29,138 nt of DNA, taken from NCBI GenBank assembly GCA_964384055.1, contig CAYLIV010000045.1, forward strand, positions 1 through 29,138, read 5' to 3'. This document shows positions 26,683-29,138 of the stretch, piece after piece. This stretch comes from an uncultured Fibrobacteraceae bacterium (lineage in GTDB: Bacteria > Krumholzibacteriota > Krumholzibacteriia > LZORAL124-64-63). Positions within the stretch are counted from its first letter, which is position 1. Every line of letters starts with the position of its first letter. Made by a program: the position numbers and the translations under genes. The notes beneath the pieces were generated by a model. That model saw only the letters and a program-made list of their open reading frames with translations, had not been told where the DNA came from and searched no databases.

Positions 26683-26828
26683 GTGTTACCCCGTTTTCGC
26701 CGCTCCGGTGGCGCCACGTTGTTAGACCGGGAAACAATAGCACTCATACCCTGCGCCGACATACTTTTTCTACCGGGACCGTCGGCTGCGCATTCGAGTG
26801 CGTCCGTCCGAGAATCGATTCCGCGGGT

Positions 26829-26863
26829 ATCGATCTGTGTTTCGATCTGTGTTTCGATCTGTT
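26829..26863. repeat. 12-bp tandem repeat (CGATCTGTGTTT) x2.8, about 70 bp upstream of a secreted-protein gene
   Basis: tatCGATCTGTGTTTCGATCTGTGTTTCGATCTGTTgcg, read directly from the sequence. Confidence 0.8.
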
Positions 26864-26930
26864 GCGCCACGACGAGATTGGCGGTACATTCAAAGCTTCT
26901 CAGGCATATTTGTTTTTCCAGGAGGGGATC

Positions 26931-27560
26931 ATGCGTCAACTCATCGCGTTCGCCATCGTGCTACTGTTTTGTTTGCCCGCCGAGGCCCAGGTGCGTCAGA
27001 AAAAGAACACGCCGGCCGATTTCGACGGGTTGCTGAAAGCCAGCGGCGAGGCCTTTCACCAGCAGGATTTCGGCACCTGCATCAGCCGTCTGCAGGACGC
27101 GATTTCCCTGGCTGCCGCGCAGCACCATGCCGTGATCCTGGCCGCCATGCCGCCGGCACCCAGTGGGTTCACGAAACAGGAGTCGACCCAGCAGCAACAG
27201 AACAATCCGTTCGGCGGCGCCATGGCCGGTTCCATCGGACTGGTGGTCGAGCAGAGCTACAACCAGCAGGGCGGCAACGGACATATCTCGGTAACGGTCA
27301 CCGCCAACTCGCCAATGGTCGGCATGTTCGAAGCGATGTTCCGGATGGCCGGAATGGACCCGGACCTGGAAGTCGTGGAGTACAACGAATTCGATGCCCT
27401 GTTCAAGACGGAGAACGGCGGCAAGAAGTTCAACCTGCAGATGCCCCTGTTCGGTAAACACTTCCTGGATATCACGGCGACCGGCCTCGACGAAGACACG
27501 TTCTTCGCGACCTTCTCGCAGAAGTTCGTCGACGCCCTGGCTGCGGCCATGGGGAGCTGA
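26931..27560 (+). CDS. Secreted hypothetical protein (signal peptide MRQLIAFAIVLLFCLPAEAQ); family not recognised
   Basis: The ATG at 26931 follows AGGAGG. 209 aa, Q/N/G-rich in the middle. The upstream part of the ORF-track entry from 26862 lacks an RBS. Confidence 0.6.
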   Translation: MRQLIAFAIVLLFCLPAEAQVRQKKNTPADFDGLLKASGEAFHQQDFGTCISRLQDAISLAAAQHHAVILAAMPPAPSGFTKQESTQQQQNNPFGGAMAGSIGLVVEQSYNQQGGNGHISVTVTANSPMVGMFEAMFRMAGMDPDLEVVEYNEFDALFKTENGGKKFNLQMPLFGKHFLDITATGLDEDTFFATFSQKFVDALAAAMGS

Positions 27561-27610
27561 CGGCGCGCGCGGTGCCGAGCTCTCCGGAGTCGCCATGCCG
27601 GTATCGTCCG

Positions 27611-28180
27611 TTAACGATACAAGGCTCTGATCCGGCTCCAGGTACTGGCGCGCGACTGATCTTCCTCGGGTACGGCCACCGAATCGTCGCTCACCATGAT
27701 GGCTACCGGTACTCGGGATTCGAGGTGATTGCCGCCGCCGGCGTTGACGCTTCCGAACCAGGCAGCTTCCCAGGTGTAGGGACCGGGGGCGTACGGTGCG
27801 CGCGCCTGCAGCGATACGGGGAAGGTCACTGGACTACCCTGCCCGTCGTCGCCGGTTCCCGTCGGTCCCGACGCACGGTCGAGTTCGTTGTTGGCTTCGT
27901 CGTATAGCAACCCGCGAATCCAGCCGCTCTGGCTCCCGCCGGCCAGCGTTACGGTTACGGTGCTGCCGGGCGCATACGCATCCTGATCGGCTGTTGCCGT
28001 CAGCGGGTTGCGATGCCAATGGCAGCCGTTGCAGCTGATCGTGTCGTCGCTGTGACAACTCGCGCAGCGGCTGTTCCAGAAACTCGGGAAGGCGTTGGTA
28101 TCACAGGCCATGACGACACCGAGAACGAACATTACCAGAATCGCAAAGAGATATTTTCCTGTTTGAGTTCGCGCTGACAT
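27611..28180 (-). CDS. Small secreted/membrane-anchored protein with two CXXCH motifs (putative dihaem c-type cytochrome-like N-terminus) followed by a beta-rich domain
   Basis: 189 aa with an N-terminal hydrophobic segment LFAILVMFVLGVVMAC. CASCH and CNGCH motifs lie 12 residues apart. The start is an ATG. Confidence 0.5.
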   Translation of the reverse strand: MSARTQTGKYLFAILVMFVLGVVMACDTNAFPSFWNSRCASCHSDDTISCNGCHWHRNPLTATADQDAYAPGSTVTVTLAGGSQSGWIRGLLYDEANNELDRASGPTGTGDDGQGSPVTFPVSLQARAPYAPGPYTWEAAWFGSVNAGGGNHLESRVPVAIMVSDDSVAVPEEDQSRASTWSRIRALYR

Positions 28181-28276
28181 GCTGCATTCCCCATTCTCTG
28201 CTGCTGTTGCCGGTGGTGAGTCCTATGATCATACTGGATAGATGGGATATTTTCAACCGCGTGCGCTGCGCCGTTG

Positions 28277-28310
28277 AATAAAACGACCCCCCATCGGGAG
28301 ACGGGGGGTC
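28277..28310 (-). terminator. Intrinsic terminator downstream of the transketolase-like gene
   Basis: An 8-bp stem GACCCCCC/GGGGGGTC with a 10-nt loop is followed on the minus strand by UUUUAUU (plus-strand AATAAAAC at 28277..28284). Confidence 0.65.
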
Positions 28311-28346
28311 GAACGGTTGGTGCCGTGTATCGTGACGGCGCCCGTA

Positions 28347-29138
28347 CTACGCTTTCGCCGAACCCACCATCTCGGAGAGGATCTTCATCCGCGACTCGAA
28401 GTCCTGCGCGAAGCGGACCACGCCGTCACGGATTGATTCGGGATCGATCTTGGCGTCGACGCAAACCTCGGCGATGCTGCCGCCGGGCCGCCACTTGTCG
28501 TCCCAGTCGCTGCTGAGGGCGTATTGCTCCGCCACCGGATTGAAGGTCCAGTCGCTCATGGTGCGGCGCGACATGTTGGTGATGAAGGTGCTGTTCATCC
28601 GATCGCCGGCATTCAGGACACTTTCCTGGTAGGCGGCCGGCTGCAGCTTGAACAGCTGCACGCTCGGCACGGCGACGATCTTGACATTGACGTCGGCGGC
28701 GTCGATCTCGGGCAGCGCCTGGATCAGGTTGTACGTGGACATGGTGCCACGCACCATGATGACGCCCTGGCGCGGCTGTCCGTCCCGGTAGTCGCGCAGG
28801 ACGTAGGCACCCTTGGCGGCCTCGAAGTGCGATGCGAGGCCTAGCGCCGCCCGGTCCGGCAACTCGAGTCCCGGGCGGGTCAGATGCAGCGCGACGATTG
28901 GCTGTTCCGTCTGCATGGCGGCCGCCAGCATCACCGGCACCTCGTTGTATTCCCAGGGATGGATCTCGATGACGTGTCCATCCGGGAAGAGCGAGGTGAC
29001 GCCCGGCGCGAAGATGCCGAAGTGGGTTCGGCTGTCCTCGGCGGTTTCGGGTCCCGAGTGGCCCGCCACCCAGATCGTCTTGCCGATCTTCAGCTCGCAG
29101 TCCTGCGCCAGCTGGCTGTACAGGCGCATGGCGCCGTA
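28347..29138 (-). CDS. Transketolase-like protein, C-terminal portion (pyrimidine-binding end plus C-terminal domain); 5' part lies beyond the window end
   Basis: …GHSGPETAEDSRTHFGIF… parallels the transketolase GEDGPTHQ motif. KIVAVPSVQLFKLQPAAYQESVL parallels E. coli TktA [24 protein letters not shown]. The ORF is open to the window edge. Confidence 0.7.
   Translation of the reverse strand, partial: YGAMRLYSQLAQDCELKIGKTIWVAGHSGPETAEDSRTHFGIFAPGVTSLFPDGHVIEIHPWEYNEVPVMLAAAMQTEQPIVALHLTRPGLELPDRAALGLASHFEAAKGAYVLRDYRDGQPRQGVIMVRGTMSTYNLIQALPEIDAADVNVKIVAVPSVQLFKLQPAAYQESVLNAGDRMNSTFITNMSRRTMSDWTFNPVAEQYALSSDWDDKWRPGGSIAEVCVDAKIDPESIRDGVVRFAQDFESRMKILSEMVGSAKA

Noticed and set aside
1-29138. 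Search for CRISPR arrays, IS elements, integrases, tRNA or rRNA genes
   Set aside because: There are no regularly spaced short repeats, and no transposase or integrase-like ORFs such as DDE or tyrosine-recombinase motifs. No tRNA-like T-arm or anticodon-arm consensus was found on either strand. The only large repeat is the tandem duplication.

Overview
The window is high-GC (about 62–65%) and reads as a Gram-negative bacterial chromosomal segment. Supporting clues are a sigma-54 activator, an OmpA-domain protein and a YchJ-family protein. I count about 25 protein-coding genes and no tRNA, rRNA, CRISPR, transposase or integrase.

The dominant feature is a perfect, head-to-tail tandem duplication of a 3,764-bp unit (copy 1 at 3..3766, copy 2 at 3767..7530). 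Its junctions sit on a 9-bp direct repeat, GGGCTACCA, present at 3..11, 3767..3775 and 7531..7539. Each copy carries three minus-strand genes:
- a KefB-type CPA2 cation:proton antiporter with a C-terminal RCK/TrkA-N domain;
- a hemolysin-III (PAQR/YqfA) family membrane protein;
- a small RRM-type RNA-binding protein with a TTG start.
The duplication breakpoint lies inside the long leader of the RRM gene, which also holds an intrinsic-terminator-like hairpin and a long-range complementarity.

Downstream of the duplication lie, in order:
- a DUF1858/DUF2249-like fusion protein;
- two alkaline-phosphatase-superfamily enzymes (an iPGM/ApgM-like metalloenzyme and an NPP-like gene of atypical composition) flanking a DUF4097 beta-repeat protein;
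- a 28-bp perfect inverted repeat between convergent genes;
- trxA;
- a PAS/sigma-54 activator whose promoter carries a near-consensus sigma-70 box plus TGTTGCAACA and TTGCATGC palindromes;
- a convergently overlapping Arc-like ribbon-helix-helix (RHH) gene that is co-oriented with, and 43 bp downstream of, an SPFH/band-7 gene whose AT-rich promoter contains a 17-bp perfect palindrome;
- a divergent pepT / OPT oligopeptide-transporter pair;
- a YchJ–OmpA-domain operon;
- an isochorismatase-family hydrolase, a Cys-rich hypothetical protein and a two-HKD phospholipase-D-like gene on one strand;
- an O-methyltransferase convergent with a GT39(ArnT/PMT)-like–TPR fusion;
- a secreted hypothetical protein preceded by a 12-bp tandem repeat;
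- a small secreted protein with two CXXCH motifs;
- the 3' part of a transketolase-like gene that runs off the window end.

Many long ORFs on the opposite strand of real genes (up to 654 aa) are GC-driven artefacts. All functional calls are made from motifs I recognise by eye. No database search was possible.
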